Below, piece by piece: positions 10,383 through 20,465 of a stretch of DNA of 64,000 nt. The notes beneath the pieces are model-generated. The model did not search any database. It saw nothing but the letters and a program-made list of their open reading frames with translations, and was not told where the DNA came from. This stretch comes from Actinomycetota bacterium. GTDB taxonomy: Bacteria > Actinomycetota > Coriobacteriia > Anaerosomatales > PHET01. Location: contig JAJUJM010000008.1 of the NCBI GenBank assembly GCA_029265315.1, positions 37,777 to 101,776 of the forward strand. The letters run 5' to 3'. Within the stretch, counting starts at the first letter, position 1, and every line of letters begins with the position of its first letter. A program made the translations under genes and the position numbers.

Positions 10383-10807
10383 TCGTCCTCGTCGTCGAGC
10401 AGGATGAGACTCTCGAAGTCCTGCATCTCCTCGGCCATGAGCAAGCGCGGTCGGCGGCTATCGCCTTCCTCGCCGGATTCGTCGTCCTCGGGCAGCGAGA
10501 TGAGTTCCAAGACCGTGTCGTCGCCATGCATGACGAAACGCCAGCGCTCGTCGTCGACGGCTTCGAAGTCGAGGTAGCGGAATGACGCCACGTTCAAGAA
10601 GAGGCAGCCGTTGACCACGATGGTGGACGACTCGGTGTCGGCCATGAGCTTGACGAGCGCGGCCCGGCCCTCATCGATCACGGCACCGTCGACGAGGTAG
10701 CGGTACTCGAGGGTCTCGATGGTCTCCAGGGCGCGCAGCATGTCGCGGTAGTTCGAGAGTGAACCTCGTCCGACGAGGCAGGGGGCGAGCGGGCGACGCT
10801 GGTCCAT
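10373..10807 (-). CDS. Hypothetical protein with strongly acidic C-terminus (LLDDEDDED)
   Basis: ATG at 10807 with ACGGAG 7 nt upstream and a TGCTAGAAT promoter-like motif at 10860-10868 on the same strand. No family recognised. Confidence 0.45.
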   Translation of the reverse strand: MDQRRPLAPCLVGRGSLSNYRDMLRALETIETLEYRYLVDGAVIDEGRAALVKLMADTESSTIVVNGCLFLNVASFRYLDFEAVDDERWRFVMHGDDTVLELISLPEDDESGEEGDSRRPRLLMAEEMQDFESLILLDDEDDED

Positions 10808-10859
10808 GGGCGACTCCGTGACGGGCGTGAGTGGTTGGGCGGTGACTGACCTTCTGGTG

Positions 10860-10868
10860 ATTCTAGCA
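10860..10868 (-). promoter_or_regulatory. Candidate extended -10 promoter TGCTAGAAT (minus strand) for the 10373-10807 ORF
   Basis: The reverse complement of ATTCTAGCA reads TGCTAGAAT, about 50 nt upstream of ATG 10807. Confidence 0.35.
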
Positions 10869-10943
10869 TCGCCGGGAAGCGACGCCCGTGCCATCCGCCG
10901 TGCGGTAGACTCGATTCGACGGGCGGCGAAGGGGAGGGATTTC

Positions 10944-12884
10944 GTGGCGAAACCGAAGAAGGTCGCCAAGGGGCGCCGTTCGGGGCTCGTCGTCGGGAAG
11001 ATCTCGATGACGCGCCGCGGATACGGGTTCGTGGCCTCGGAGCACGGCGACTACTACGTCTCGGCACGGGATGCCAACGGTGCCATGCACGGCGACCTCG
11101 TCCAGTTGCGCCCGGACGCCAAGCGCGGCCGCGAGGGACGGAGCGGCGTCGTCGTGCGCGTGCTCGAGCGGGCCGTCACGCAGGTGGTCGGGCGCTTCGA
11201 ACGGCACGGCGCGATCGGTATCGTCGTCCCCGCTGACCGGCGCATCCGCACGGATGTGTTCATCGCGAAGAACGCGATCGGCGAAGCGGAGCCCGGTGAC
11301 ATCGTCGTCGCTCGGCTGATCGGCTACCCGTCGCGCACGCAGGCCGCCCAAGGTGTGATCGAGGAGATCGTGGGGCGCGAGGACGACCCCGGTATCCAGA
11401 TCGAGATCATCATCCGCGAACACGGGCTTTCCACCGAGTTCTCGGAGGAGGCGTTGACGCAGGCCGCCGGCATCGAGCTCGATGTTGACAGCGCGTTGAC
11501 GCGCGAACTCGAGCGGCGTGACGTCCGTGACCGCTTCACCTTCACCATCGACCCGGCCGATGCGCGCGATTTCGACGACGCTATCTCCATCGAGCACGTG
11601 GACGGGCTTGTCAGGTTGGGCGTGCACATCGCCGACGTGAGCCACTACGTGCCGTGGGACTCGCCGATCGACGCCGACGCTCGCCAACGCGCGACGAGCG
11701 TCTACCTTGTTGACCGCGTGCTGCCCATGCTGCCCGAGAAACTGTCCAACGAGGTCTGTTCACTCAATCCCGGCGAGGACCGGCTCTCGTTCACGGTGGA
11801 CATCTACCTTGACGCGAACGCGCACGTCGAGCGCTACGAGCTGTACCCGAGCGCCATGCGCTCCGACCGGCGCTTCAACTACGGTGAGGTCCAGCGGATG
11901 CTCGATGGCAAGGAGCCGTTCCCCGATGCGATGAGCGAGGCGGCCCTGCGCGATTTCGCACGGGTGGCCAAGCGCATCGGAGAGCGCCGCGTGGCTCGCG
12001 GCGGGCTCGACTTCGAGACGGTCGAGGCGAAGGTCAAGCTCGCCGAGGACGGCACACCGCTCGAGGTGGTCGTGCGCGAGCGGACCCAGGCCACGAACAT
12101 GATCGAAGAGGCGATGATCCTTGCCAACGAGGTCGTCGCGGGGCACATGAACCGGGCGAAGGCGCCCATGGTCTACCGCATCCACGAGGACCCCGACCCT
12201 GACGCGTTGGGACACGTGGCGCAGATCCTGAAGGAGTTCGACTACCCCATCAAGGACGTCCACGGCGCGAGCCCGGCGACGTTTCAGCGCATCATCGCGT
12301 TCGCGCACAACCGACCTGAGAAGCGCCTCATCAACTCGCTGCTGCTACGGGCTCTCGAACGCGCACGCTACGTGGACTACCTCGGCACGCACTTCGGGCT
12401 GGCGAGCGAGGCGTACACGCACTTCACGAGCCCGATCAGACGCTACCCGGACCTCATCGTCCATCGTCTCCTGCGTGCACAGCTGGCAGGGCGGCTCGAT
12501 GAGGACCCCAACGTCACCGGGATGGTCCCGGAACTCGCCTGGCTCGCCGAGCACTCGTCGTTCATGGAGCGCGAGGCCGAGATGGCCGAGGACGAGTCGG
12601 TCAAGTACAAGCTGACTGAGCTCATGTCGGCGCACATCGGCGAAGTCTTCGACGCCTACATCACCGGCGTCACGACGTTCGGGATGTTCGTCCAGCTCGA
12701 GAACACCGCCGAAGGACTCGTGCACATCGATACGATGGCCGACGACCGATACCGTCTCGATGCGACGAGGTTCTTGCTCTACGGCGAGGACCGGGGGCGG
12801 GTCTTTCGCCTCGGGCAGCCCGTGCGTGTGCGTCTCATCGATGCGGTCCTGAGCGAGTCGCGCCTCGATTTCGAGGTGGCCTGA
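10944..12884 (+). CDS. rnr: Ribonuclease R (RNB-family 3'-5' exoribonuclease with C-terminal S1 domain)
   Basis: GTG 10944 preceded by GAAGGGGAGGG. RNB motifs DPADARDFDDA and HFTSPIRRYPDL. S1 domain YITGVTTFGMFVQL. Confidence 0.9.
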   Translation: MAKPKKVAKGRRSGLVVGKISMTRRGYGFVASEHGDYYVSARDANGAMHGDLVQLRPDAKRGREGRSGVVVRVLERAVTQVVGRFERHGAIGIVVPADRRIRTDVFIAKNAIGEAEPGDIVVARLIGYPSRTQAAQGVIEEIVGREDDPGIQIEIIIREHGLSTEFSEEALTQAAGIELDVDSALTRELERRDVRDRFTFTIDPADARDFDDAISIEHVDGLVRLGVHIADVSHYVPWDSPIDADARQRATSVYLVDRVLPMLPEKLSNEVCSLNPGEDRLSFTVDIYLDANAHVERYELYPSAMRSDRRFNYGEVQRMLDGKEPFPDAMSEAALRDFARVAKRIGERRVARGGLDFETVEAKVKLAEDGTPLEVVVRERTQATNMIEEAMILANEVVAGHMNRAKAPMVYRIHEDPDPDALGHVAQILKEFDYPIKDVHGASPATFQRIIAFAHNRPEKRLINSLLLRALERARYVDYLGTHFGLASEAYTHFTSPIRRYPDLIVHRLLRAQLAGRLDEDPNVTGMVPELAWLAEHSSFMEREAEMAEDESVKYKLTELMSAHIGEVFDAYITGVTTFGMFVQLENTAEGLVHIDTMADDRYRLDATRFLLYGEDRGRVFRLGQPVRVRLIDAVLSESRLDFEVA

Positions 12885-12994
12885 TGACCACATGACGCGA
12901 CGATGACAATTGGACGCGACTCGGCAACGAAAGTCGGAGGCACGGACTGGGTGAGTCGACGATGAGGCGACCTCTCAACGAAGGGAGCCCGTCC

Positions 12995-14098
12995 ATGTAC
13001 GACCTCGTCATCGTCGGCGCCGGTCCGGCCGGCTCGACGCTCGCGCGGCTCGCTGCGCGCGTCGGACGCGTCTTGCTCGTCGACAAGCGGCGGGCGACGG
13101 ACCGCGCCTTTCATCGCATCTGCGGCGGTCTTCTCGCTCCGGTGGCTCAGCGTGCGCTTGCGGCCCAAGGACTGGGCGTGCCCGGGGAGGTGGTCTGCGG
13201 CCCCCAGCTGTTCGCGGTCCGGGTGATGGACCTCGTCAGCGGTGACGAGGGGCTCTACCAGCGTCACTATCTGAACGTCGACAGAGCTGCATTCGACGGA
13301 TGGCTTCGGTCACTCGTGCCGGCAGGCGTCGACCGTGTCGAGGGGTGGCGATTCAGCGGGCTGGAGCGCGAGGGTGAGACGAGCATCGTCACGTTCGACA
13401 CCCCGGGCGGTGGGCGTGCGAGTGTGAGGACCCGACTCCTCGTAGGAGCCGACGGCGCGGCTTCGTCCGTTCGCATCGCCGCGTTTCCCGGGCAGACCGC
13501 ACCGAGCTACATCGCGCTGCAGGGGGAGTTCCCGGCGTGGGGGAGCGAGCCACATTTCGGCGCGGTCTTCGACGAGCGGCTCACCGACCACTACGGTTGG
13601 ACGGTGCCGAAAGATGACCGAGTGCTCGCCGGCATCGCGGTGCCCGAAGGCAAGGGGGTCCGCGATGTCCATGAGCGCTTCATCGCAGGTATCCGCGGCG
13701 CGGGGCTCATCTCAGGTCCGCAGCTCGCATCCGGTGCCGCGCGGATCGTGCGACCGTCGCGCCCTTCTCACCTGCTTTTCGGCGGAGACGGGGTGATTCT
13801 CATCGGCGAGGCCGCCGGTCTCGTCAGCCCGAGCTCCGCTGAGGGCATCAGCTATGCGCTTCGCAGCGGCGCGGCCGCAGCCGCCGCGATCGCCGACGCG
13901 GGTCTGGGGGTCGATGTCGTCGCCGCGTACCGGCGGACGGCGCGCCCGTTGGCCCTCGAGGTGGTTGCGAAGGTGGCCAAGGCGCACGCCCTTCGGCAGC
14001 CGCACGTCAGACGCGCGATCATGCGCAGCGGAATCGGCCGGGTCGGGGCAGGCGGTGCTGACATCGGAGGCGTCATCGGCGAGCTGATGGCGCCCTGA
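12995..14098 (+). CDS. FAD-dependent oxidoreductase (geranylgeranyl-reductase-like family)
   Basis: ATG 12995 after GAAGGGAG. N-terminal dinucleotide fold YDLVIVGAGPAGSTLA. Confidence 0.7.
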   Translation: MYDLVIVGAGPAGSTLARLAARVGRVLLVDKRRATDRAFHRICGGLLAPVAQRALAAQGLGVPGEVVCGPQLFAVRVMDLVSGDEGLYQRHYLNVDRAAFDGWLRSLVPAGVDRVEGWRFSGLEREGETSIVTFDTPGGGRASVRTRLLVGADGAASSVRIAAFPGQTAPSYIALQGEFPAWGSEPHFGAVFDERLTDHYGWTVPKDDRVLAGIAVPEGKGVRDVHERFIAGIRGAGLISGPQLASGAARIVRPSRPSHLLFGGDGVILIGEAAGLVSPSSAEGISYALRSGAAAAAAIADAGLGVDVVAAYRRTARPLALEVVAKVAKAHALRQPHVRRAIMRSGIGRVGAGGADIGGVIGELMAP

Positions 14099-14105
14099 GT
14101 CCGAT

Positions 14106-15380
14106 TCACATCGCGTCCGCGCTCGTCTCCTCGATCGCGCGGTCTATCTGTCGACGCAGTGCGTCGGGCAGGCCGGGTATCTCGATGTTGACGAAGCCGC
14201 GGGTGATCAGCGAAACGGCCTCGTCCTCGGGCACGCCACGGGACATCAGGTAGTACACCCCGTCTTGCGCGATGGGCGAGATGGCGGCCTCGTGGCTGAG
14301 CTCCGCTCCGGGGGCGCCCTCGCTCACGAGGTCGGGTATGGCCCACTGGGTCGACTCCCGGCTCGCCACGATGCCGCGGCAGTCAAGGTGGGCCTTGCAG
14401 AGGTCGGTCTTGCCGACGAGACGGCCTCGCGAGTACACGACGCTGCGGTCCTTGCTCACCGTCCGCGCCACCGCCTCGCTTCTCGACCCTTCTCCGATCA
14501 ACTGCGTTTCGCTGCCAAGATCGATCACCGAGTCACCGATGCCATAGACGATCGAGTTGAACACCGCGCGCGACCGTGCGCCGACGCACTTGGCCACCGG
14601 GAACGCCTGCAGGGACTTCACGGGCTTGAGCAGCACGTAGTTGTTCACGTAGGTGCCGTCCTCTTCGATGACGACGCCGGTGCGTGGGCGCACGCTGAAT
14701 TCGTCGGCCCAGTTGTGGACCATCGAGAAGGTGAGGTGCGCCCCCTTGCCCACGTAGAACTCCGAGATGCCGGCGTGCAGCCCCTCTTTCACGTCAGTGT
14801 GGATGTTGCATCCGGTGATGACGTTGGCGGTGGCCCCGTCCTCGATCACGATGATGTTGTGCACGTTCTGGCTGACGTTGCTCTCGCTCACGAACAGGCA
14901 CGCTTGGATCGGCTTGTCGACGCGCGCTCCCGCTTTCACGCGGATGAAGTAGCCCTCGGTCCAGTGGAGCGCGACGAGCGCGGTGTACTTGTCCTTGCCC
15001 GGGTCGACCGCCCGCCAGAACCACTTGTCGAGCATCTCGTCGGGGTAGGCTCTAAGCGCGTCTTCGGTGCTCATGACCTCGACCTGGCCGTCGAAGGCCG
15101 CCATGACCCGCTCGTAGATGGGAGTGCGGTCGAGCTGGAAGTAGCTCGCCGAGCGCTCGCTCTCGTCAGAGGTGAAGCCGCTCATGAGCGCGGTCTCGCG
15201 GATCTGGCGCTCGATCGACTCGATGCTTCCCACGCGGTCATGCTCACTCACCGTCTTGAACCGCGTGATGTCGATGTCTGGCCCGAGTGCGGCGGGTCTG
15301 TCGACGGCGGCCAGGGCCGCTGCCTCGATCTCGGCCAGTCGCGCCGCTTGTGCGGGCGTCGGGTTCTCTAGCGCTCGCAT
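14106..15380 (-). CDS. sufB: Fe-S cluster assembly scaffold protein SufB/SufD family
   Basis: SufBD-family beta-helix region with a conserved C-terminal part. Lies downstream of and overlaps sufC. ATG 15380 preferred over 15398. Confidence 0.8.
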   Translation of the reverse strand: MRALENPTPAQAARLAEIEAAALAAVDRPAALGPDIDITRFKTVSEHDRVGSIESIERQIRETALMSGFTSDESERSASYFQLDRTPIYERVMAAFDGQVEVMSTEDALRAYPDEMLDKWFWRAVDPGKDKYTALVALHWTEGYFIRVKAGARVDKPIQACLFVSESNVSQNVHNIIVIEDGATANVITGCNIHTDVKEGLHAGISEFYVGKGAHLTFSMVHNWADEFSVRPRTGVVIEEDGTYVNNYVLLKPVKSLQAFPVAKCVGARSRAVFNSIVYGIGDSVIDLGSETQLIGEGSRSEAVARTVSKDRSVVYSRGRLVGKTDLCKAHLDCRGIVASRESTQWAIPDLVSEGAPGAELSHEAAISPIAQDGVYYLMSRGVPEDEAVSLITRGFVNIEIPGLPDALRRQIDRAIEETSADAM

Positions 15381-16129
15381 AGCACACACTCCACACACTT
15401 CTCGAAGCCCTGCTCTCCGATCTCGGCCACGAGGTCACGGGGGTTGCCCGCGCAGGCGAGACGTCCGTCGTAGAGCACGTGCCCCACGTCCGCGTTCACG
15501 TATTCGAGGATGTGGCCGGTGTGGGTGATGATGAGCCCGGAGCGCTTCGGGTCGCTCGCCTTCTCGCCCTTGAGCAGTCGCTGCATGGCCGCGCCGACCA
15601 CGGCTATGTTCTCCAGGTCCACGCCGCTTTCGGGCTCGTCGAAGAGCGCGAGGACGGGCTCTTGGGCGATGAGCTGCGCCATCTCGGCCCGCTTGGCCTC
15701 GCCGCCTGAGAAGCCGGCGTTCACGTCGCGGTCCAGCATGCGGACCACGTCGAGTGATGATGCGATCTCGTGCAGCCGGGCGTCGTCGATCTCGCCGCCT
15801 GCGGCGAGGCGCATCATCGTGCGCAGCGTGATCCCGCGCACCGAAGGGGGCCTCTGGAACGCGATGCCTATGCCGATGCGCGCTCGTTCATCGATCGTGA
15901 GCTCGAGCAGGTCACGACCGTCGAAGTGTATCGAACCGGCGGTGATCTCGTAGCCGGGCATGCCGAGCAGTGCGTTCAAGAGCGTGGTCTTGCCGCCGCC
16001 ATTAGGGCCGAGCAGCACGTGGGTCTCGCCGTGGTCTATCGTGAGGTCGATGCCTCTGAGCACTTCGCGTTCGCCGATCGACACACGAAGGCCTTCGATC
16101 CTGAGCAGCGGGACGTGCGGCGTGGTCAC
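15368..16129 (-). CDS. sufC: Fe-S cluster assembly ATPase SufC with C-terminal CxxCxxC tail
   Basis: GTG 16129 with AAGAGGA upstream. Walker A GPNGGGKTT, signature FSGGEAKR, Walker B LFDEPESGVD. Ends ...EKCVECVLCER. Confidence 0.85.
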   Translation of the reverse strand: MTTPHVPLLRIEGLRVSIGEREVLRGIDLTIDHGETHVLLGPNGGGKTTLLNALLGMPGYEITAGSIHFDGRDLLELTIDERARIGIGIAFQRPPSVRGITLRTMMRLAAGGEIDDARLHEIASSLDVVRMLDRDVNAGFSGGEAKRAEMAQLIAQEPVLALFDEPESGVDLENIAVVGAAMQRLLKGEKASDPKRSGLIITHTGHILEYVNADVGHVLYDGRLACAGNPRDLVAEIGEQGFEKCVECVLCER

Positions 16130-16242
16130 TCGGATCCTCTTTCGTCGCGGTGGGGTACGAAGCGTGTGTACCCCTCTGTACACTCTCTCAACGGTGCGCG
16201 CTAGACTTCTCGCGCATCCCGATACGAAAGAAGGGCGCCTCG

Positions 16243-17307
16243 ATGCAGAAGAAAGACCTCGCGTTCCTGCAGGAGCTCGTCGAATCACCGTCGCCTTCGG
16301 GCTTCGAGCAGCCCGCGGCGGAGGTGTTCCGCAAACGGATGGCGCGAGTCGCCGATTCCGTCGAGACGAACGTGATGGGTTCGGTCCACGCCACCCTCAA
16401 GGGCAAGAAGCGCGGCGCGGTGAGTGTGATGCTCGCCGCCCACATCGACGAGATCGGCCTCATGGTCAACTACATCACCCCGGAGGGTTTCATCGCGTTC
16501 GCCGCCATCGGTGGTGTTGATGCGGCGATCCTTCCCGGCATGCGCGTCCACGTGCACACGAAGGATGGTCCGCTGCTGGGCGTCTTGGGACGCAAGCCGG
16601 TCCACCTCATAGAGGACGAGGAGCGCAAGAACGTCACGAAACTCGAGAGGCTCTTCATCGACGTCGGATTGTCGGCCGACGACGTGAAGGCACGGGTGCG
16701 CGTGGGCGATTGTGTCACCTTCGCGGTCGGTTTCGAGACGTTCGGTGATTCGCTCGCCGTCTCACGCGGGTTCGACGACAAGATGGGCGCGTGGATCGCC
16801 GCCCGTGTGCTCGAGGAGGTCAAGAAGGCCGGCGGTCCGGCGGGCGACCTGACCGCGGCGGCCACCGTGCAGGAGGAGATCGGTCTGCGCGGCGGCATCA
16901 CGAGCGCGTGGGGTGTCGACCCGCAGGTGGGGATCGCGCTTGAGGTCGGGCATGCCACTGACTACCCGGACATCGACAAGCGCAAGCACGGCGAGGCTGA
17001 GTGCGGCAAAGGGCCGGTCATCGCCCGAGGGCCCAACATCAACCCCGTTCTGTTCGAGCTGCTGGTCGCCGCCGCCGAGGCTGCCAAGGTGCCCTACCAG
17101 ATCGGCGCGGAGCCGCGTGGCACCGGCACCGACGCCAATGCGATCCAGCTCTCGCGGGGCGGCAAGGCTGCGGCGCTCGTGTCGATCCCGCTGCGCTACA
17201 TGCACACACCTACCGAGGTGCTGTCGCTCAAGGACCTCGAGGCTGCGGTCAAGCTGATGACACGCTTCGTGCTCGACCTGAAACCGGGCACGAGCTTCAT
17301 TCCGTGA
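16243..17307 (+). CDS. M42-family aminopeptidase (FrvX/CelM-like)
   Basis: ATG 16243 after GAAAGAAGGG. Motifs AHIDEIG, RGFDDKMG and QEEIGLRG, typical M42 metal ligands. Confidence 0.8.
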   Translation: MQKKDLAFLQELVESPSPSGFEQPAAEVFRKRMARVADSVETNVMGSVHATLKGKKRGAVSVMLAAHIDEIGLMVNYITPEGFIAFAAIGGVDAAILPGMRVHVHTKDGPLLGVLGRKPVHLIEDEERKNVTKLERLFIDVGLSADDVKARVRVGDCVTFAVGFETFGDSLAVSRGFDDKMGAWIAARVLEEVKKAGGPAGDLTAAATVQEEIGLRGGITSAWGVDPQVGIALEVGHATDYPDIDKRKHGEAECGKGPVIARGPNINPVLFELLVAAAEAAKVPYQIGAEPRGTGTDANAIQLSRGGKAAALVSIPLRYMHTPTEVLSLKDLEAAVKLMTRFVLDLKPGTSFIP

Positions 17308-17435
17308 GCGAAAGATCGCTTTGGTCCTCAACGTGAGGGCCGGAGTGCCGATAACAATCCGTAAGGCGTGCACAGTGTTGTGGCACACGTCGTGCATCGC
17401 CTTGGGGTTGTCCGGCATCGCATGCATGGAGAGAG

Positions 17436-18794
17436 ATGAAGATCACCCTGATCAGTCCGCCGTTTGGCGAAGGTGGACAACGGTCGAAGGGCCTACCCAT
17501 CGCGCCACCCGTGCTCGAATACCTCGCGGGTCTGACCGAGCAGGTGCGGCCGGGCGAGCACGAGGTGACGCTCGTTGACGCGAACAAGCGTGAGTTCGAC
17601 ATCAATCGTTGTGACGCCGACCTCGTGGGGATGACGGTCCTCACTCCCCAGGCTCCTTGGGCGTACAGAACCGCAGACGCCTTGCGGAAGCGTGGAATCC
17701 GTGTGCTGCTGGGCGGGATCCACGTCCATGCGCTGCCGCATGAGGCCGAGATTCACGCCGACTCGATCCTGGTCGGTGAGGCGGAGACCGTCTGGGGAGA
17801 CATCCTCGATGACGCGGCCGCACGCCGACTCAAGCCGCGCTACGACGGGCCATTCGCGCCACTCGAGGGCCTTCCACACCCGCGAACCGACCTGTTGCCC
17901 GACTTCTACGCGTTCGGGTCCTTCTTCACCAGCCGTGGGTGCCCGCACTCGTGTGCCTTCTGCTCGGTTCACGAGAACTTCGGTCATGTCGTTCGTATGC
18001 GGCCCATCGACGAAGTCGTAAGTGAGGTCGCAGCGTCGAAGCAGCACATGTTCTGGAACATCGACGACAACGTCTGGGGCGTGAACGTCAACCGCTCCAT
18101 CGAGCTCTACAACGAGATGGCCAGAAACGTCTCCGGCAAGTGGTGGTTCGGCTCGGGTGATCTCGTGACGCTGCAGCATCCGCGGGCCGATGAGCTGCTC
18201 GATGCCGCCCGGCGCGCCGGGATGACGGCGGCGATGGTGGGATTCGAGTCACCGAACCCGGCGGTGCTCGAGGAGCTCAAGGCGACGCGCAAACAGGGCA
18301 AGGACCGGTTCGATGCGATCCGCCGCATCCGGGCGGCGGGTATCGAGGTCATGCTCTTCACCATGGTGGGCAGCCGGGCGGACTCGCTTGAAGACTTCTG
18401 GCGCATCCTTGAGCTCTGTGATGAGCTCGACATCTCGGCCCATCCGGTGATGACGACGCCGTTCCCCGGCACCCAGCTGTACGAGGAGTACCGCCCCTAC
18501 CTGATCCCCGGGATGGACTGGGACCTCTACGACGGCAACCATGCCACCTTCTACCACGATGACCCGGCGATGACGCCCGCCGCACGCGAGGACGCCGTGC
18601 TTCGTCTGCGCGCTGAGTTGTTCACGTTGTCGCGGATCCTTCGGCGCATCGCACGCGTGGGAGCGAAAGGCTTCCCGATGTCGCACATAACGTCCTGGAT
18701 GGTCCAGTACCCTCAGGGTCGGGCGTTTCGTGAGTTCGCGCGCGAGCACGAGCGCCGTATCGCAGGAGAGAGCACGTCGGAAGCGGTCATCTGA
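17436..18794 (+). CDS. B12-binding-domain radical SAM protein (class B), substrate unknown
   Basis: N-terminal Rossmann-like B12-binding domain. Radical SAM cluster motif GCPHSCAFC (CxxxCxxC). Confidence 0.8.
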   Translation: MKITLISPPFGEGGQRSKGLPIAPPVLEYLAGLTEQVRPGEHEVTLVDANKREFDINRCDADLVGMTVLTPQAPWAYRTADALRKRGIRVLLGGIHVHALPHEAEIHADSILVGEAETVWGDILDDAAARRLKPRYDGPFAPLEGLPHPRTDLLPDFYAFGSFFTSRGCPHSCAFCSVHENFGHVVRMRPIDEVVSEVAASKQHMFWNIDDNVWGVNVNRSIELYNEMARNVSGKWWFGSGDLVTLQHPRADELLDAARRAGMTAAMVGFESPNPAVLEELKATRKQGKDRFDAIRRIRAAGIEVMLFTMVGSRADSLEDFWRILELCDELDISAHPVMTTPFPGTQLYEEYRPYLIPGMDWDLYDGNHATFYHDDPAMTPAAREDAVLRLRAELFTLSRILRRIARVGAKGFPMSHITSWMVQYPQGRAFREFAREHERRIAGESTSEAVI

Positions 18795-19198
18795 TGGACC
18801 TGAGCCCGCTCACCAAGACTCTCATCATCATGAACAACTACTTCCACGATGTCGCGACGGCCATGTTGCTGTCGAGCGCGGTGATCCTCTGGTTGCTGGG
18901 GCGCAGGGCGCTCGCTGATGGTGCCGAGGGGAGAAGGTGGTTCGCCGACGCGTATCGAGTGCTCACGCGGGTGGCTGTCTTCTCGATCCTTTGGATCGTG
19001 CTCGGGGGGATTCCGCGCACGATCTTCTTCCAGGACGTCGAATGGAACCTGGCGGACCCGAGTAACAGGTACCTGTTCGCCGCGCTCATGGTGAAGCACG
19101 GGTTCATGTGGCTCGCGGTTGGGTTGGGGACGTGGCTCTGGGCGCGGATGCGTCGCCTCGCCCGTACGGTGTCCTCCGAGGCGTCGGTCGAGGGCTAG
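18794..19198 (+). CDS. Hypothetical 4-TM membrane protein, translationally coupled to the radical SAM gene
   Basis: ATG overlaps the upstream TGA (TGATG). Four hydrophobic segments. N-terminal NNYFHDVATA motif. Confidence 0.5.
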   Translation: MDLSPLTKTLIIMNNYFHDVATAMLLSSAVILWLLGRRALADGAEGRRWFADAYRVLTRVAVFSILWIVLGGIPRTIFFQDVEWNLADPSNRYLFAALMVKHGFMWLAVGLGTWLWARMRRLARTVSSEASVEG

Positions 19199-19773
19199 TG
19201 CAGGTCGCTGTCGAGGCCCGCGTACGGGCGCGGCACGTTCTTGAGGGCCCTGCGCACTGACCAGATGGAGTACGCGAGCGCGAGCGCGGCCAATCCGGTC
19301 ACGGCGTACGTGATCTGAGCCATGGTCGGATGCAACAGCACCACCGGTGACCACGACAGCGCGATGGCTACAAGGGCGCGCAGGATCCTTCGGTAGTCTG
19401 CGACGAGCGCGTCGAGCGCGACCCACCACACGATCAGCACACCGGCGAGCATGGGGATGTCCCAGCCGACATGCCCCCCGGTCGACATCACGATCAGCGG
19501 GCCGAACGTCGCGATGCAGAGCAGAAAGAGCGAGAGCAGGTCGGTGAACTTAACGATGAGCGCCCACGGTGTGCGGATCGCTTCCGCATCAAGCCGGCTG
19601 AGTTCGCGCAGGCCGACCATCGATGCCGCGAAGATCAGCGCAGCGAGGATGTGTGCGAAGTTGGCGTGAGCGACCGCCGACGTGACCAGTATCAACACCC
19701 CGGTGGCACCGAAGACGAGTCCTCGGCCGCTCAGGAGCGCTTCGGCGATCAGATTCGAACCGGTACGTCGCAA
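19195..19773 (-). CDS. Hypothetical polytopic membrane protein
   Basis: Hydrophobic ORF. TTG 19773 sits 6 nt after a strong AAGGAGG. The track start at 19851 would overlap smpB. Shares a palindromic CTAG stop with the convergent gene. Confidence 0.5.
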   Translation of the reverse strand: MRRTGSNLIAEALLSGRGLVFGATGVLILVTSAVAHANFAHILAALIFAASMVGLRELSRLDAEAIRTPWALIVKFTDLLSLFLLCIATFGPLIVMSTGGHVGWDIPMLAGVLIVWWVALDALVADYRRILRALVAIALSWSPVVLLHPTMAQITYAVTGLAALALAYSIWSVRRALKNVPRPYAGLDSDLH

Positions 19774-19801
19774 GGCCACCCTCCTTGGAGGACGCTTGTG
19801 A

Positions 19802-19807
19802 ATGATA
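19802..19807 (-). promoter_or_regulatory. Candidate -10 box TATCAT (minus strand) for the membrane-protein gene 19195-19773
   Basis: The reverse complement of ATGATA lies about 25 nt upstream of AAGGAGG/TTG 19773, in the divergent smpB intergenic region. Confidence 0.25.
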
Positions 19808-19844
19808 GTAACATCAGCGCCCGCGACGTGTACCGCGTCCGGAG

Positions 19845-20336
19845 ATGGCACCCAAGGCGGAGAGCATGCCTGCGGAGAACCGAACGATCGCCACGAACAA
19901 GAAGGCCCGTCATGACTACTTCATCGACGAGACCTTCGAGTGTGGCATCGCTCTGACCGGGACCGAGGTCAAGTCGCTCCGTGAGAACCGGGCGACGCTT
20001 CGCGATTCGTTCGCCACCGTGCGCAACGGTGAGGTGTGGTTGCACGGCGTCCACATCTCTCCGTACAGCCACGGGAATCGCGCGAACGTCGACCCCGACC
20101 GTCAGCGTAAGCTGCTGCTCCACAAGAAGGAGATCCGGTACCTGATAGGCAAGACGAAGGAGCGTGGCTACACGCTGGTGCCACTGTCGCTCTACTTCTC
20201 TCCCGCGAACAAGGTGAAGGTCGAGCTGGGTCTGGCACGCGGCAAGAAGCTCTACGACAAGCGCGATTCGATCGCGAAGCGCGACCAGCAGCGCGATGTC
20301 GAGCGAGCGCTGCGCGAACGCACCAGAGGCGAGTGA
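19845..20336 (+). CDS. smpB: SsrA-binding protein SmpB
   Basis: Motifs [13 protein letters not shown] and GTEVKSLR. Immediately upstream of the tmRNA. Confidence 0.9.
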   Translation: MAPKAESMPAENRTIATNKKARHDYFIDETFECGIALTGTEVKSLRENRATLRDSFATVRNGEVWLHGVHISPYSHGNRANVDPDRQRKLLLHKKEIRYLIGKTKERGYTLVPLSLYFSPANKVKVELGLARGKKLYDKRDSIAKRDQQRDVERALRERTRGE

Positions 20337-20406
20337 CCGGGACTTCGCCTGACGGGTCCGGCACGGGATTCGCACGAGCGGTTCCCGTGAGTGGCCCGAG
20401 CGTGGG

Positions 20407-20412
20407 TATACT
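20407..20412 (+). promoter_or_regulatory. Candidate -10 box TATACT upstream of ssrA
   Basis: GGTATACTGT about 54 nt upstream of the mature tmRNA 5' end. The same TATACTGT is found upstream of the tRNA-Pro operon. Confidence 0.3.
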
Positions 20413-20465
20413 GTTTCCGTGCGTGACGAACGACTGGCACGTTGACATGGTCGGTGCCACCCTTC

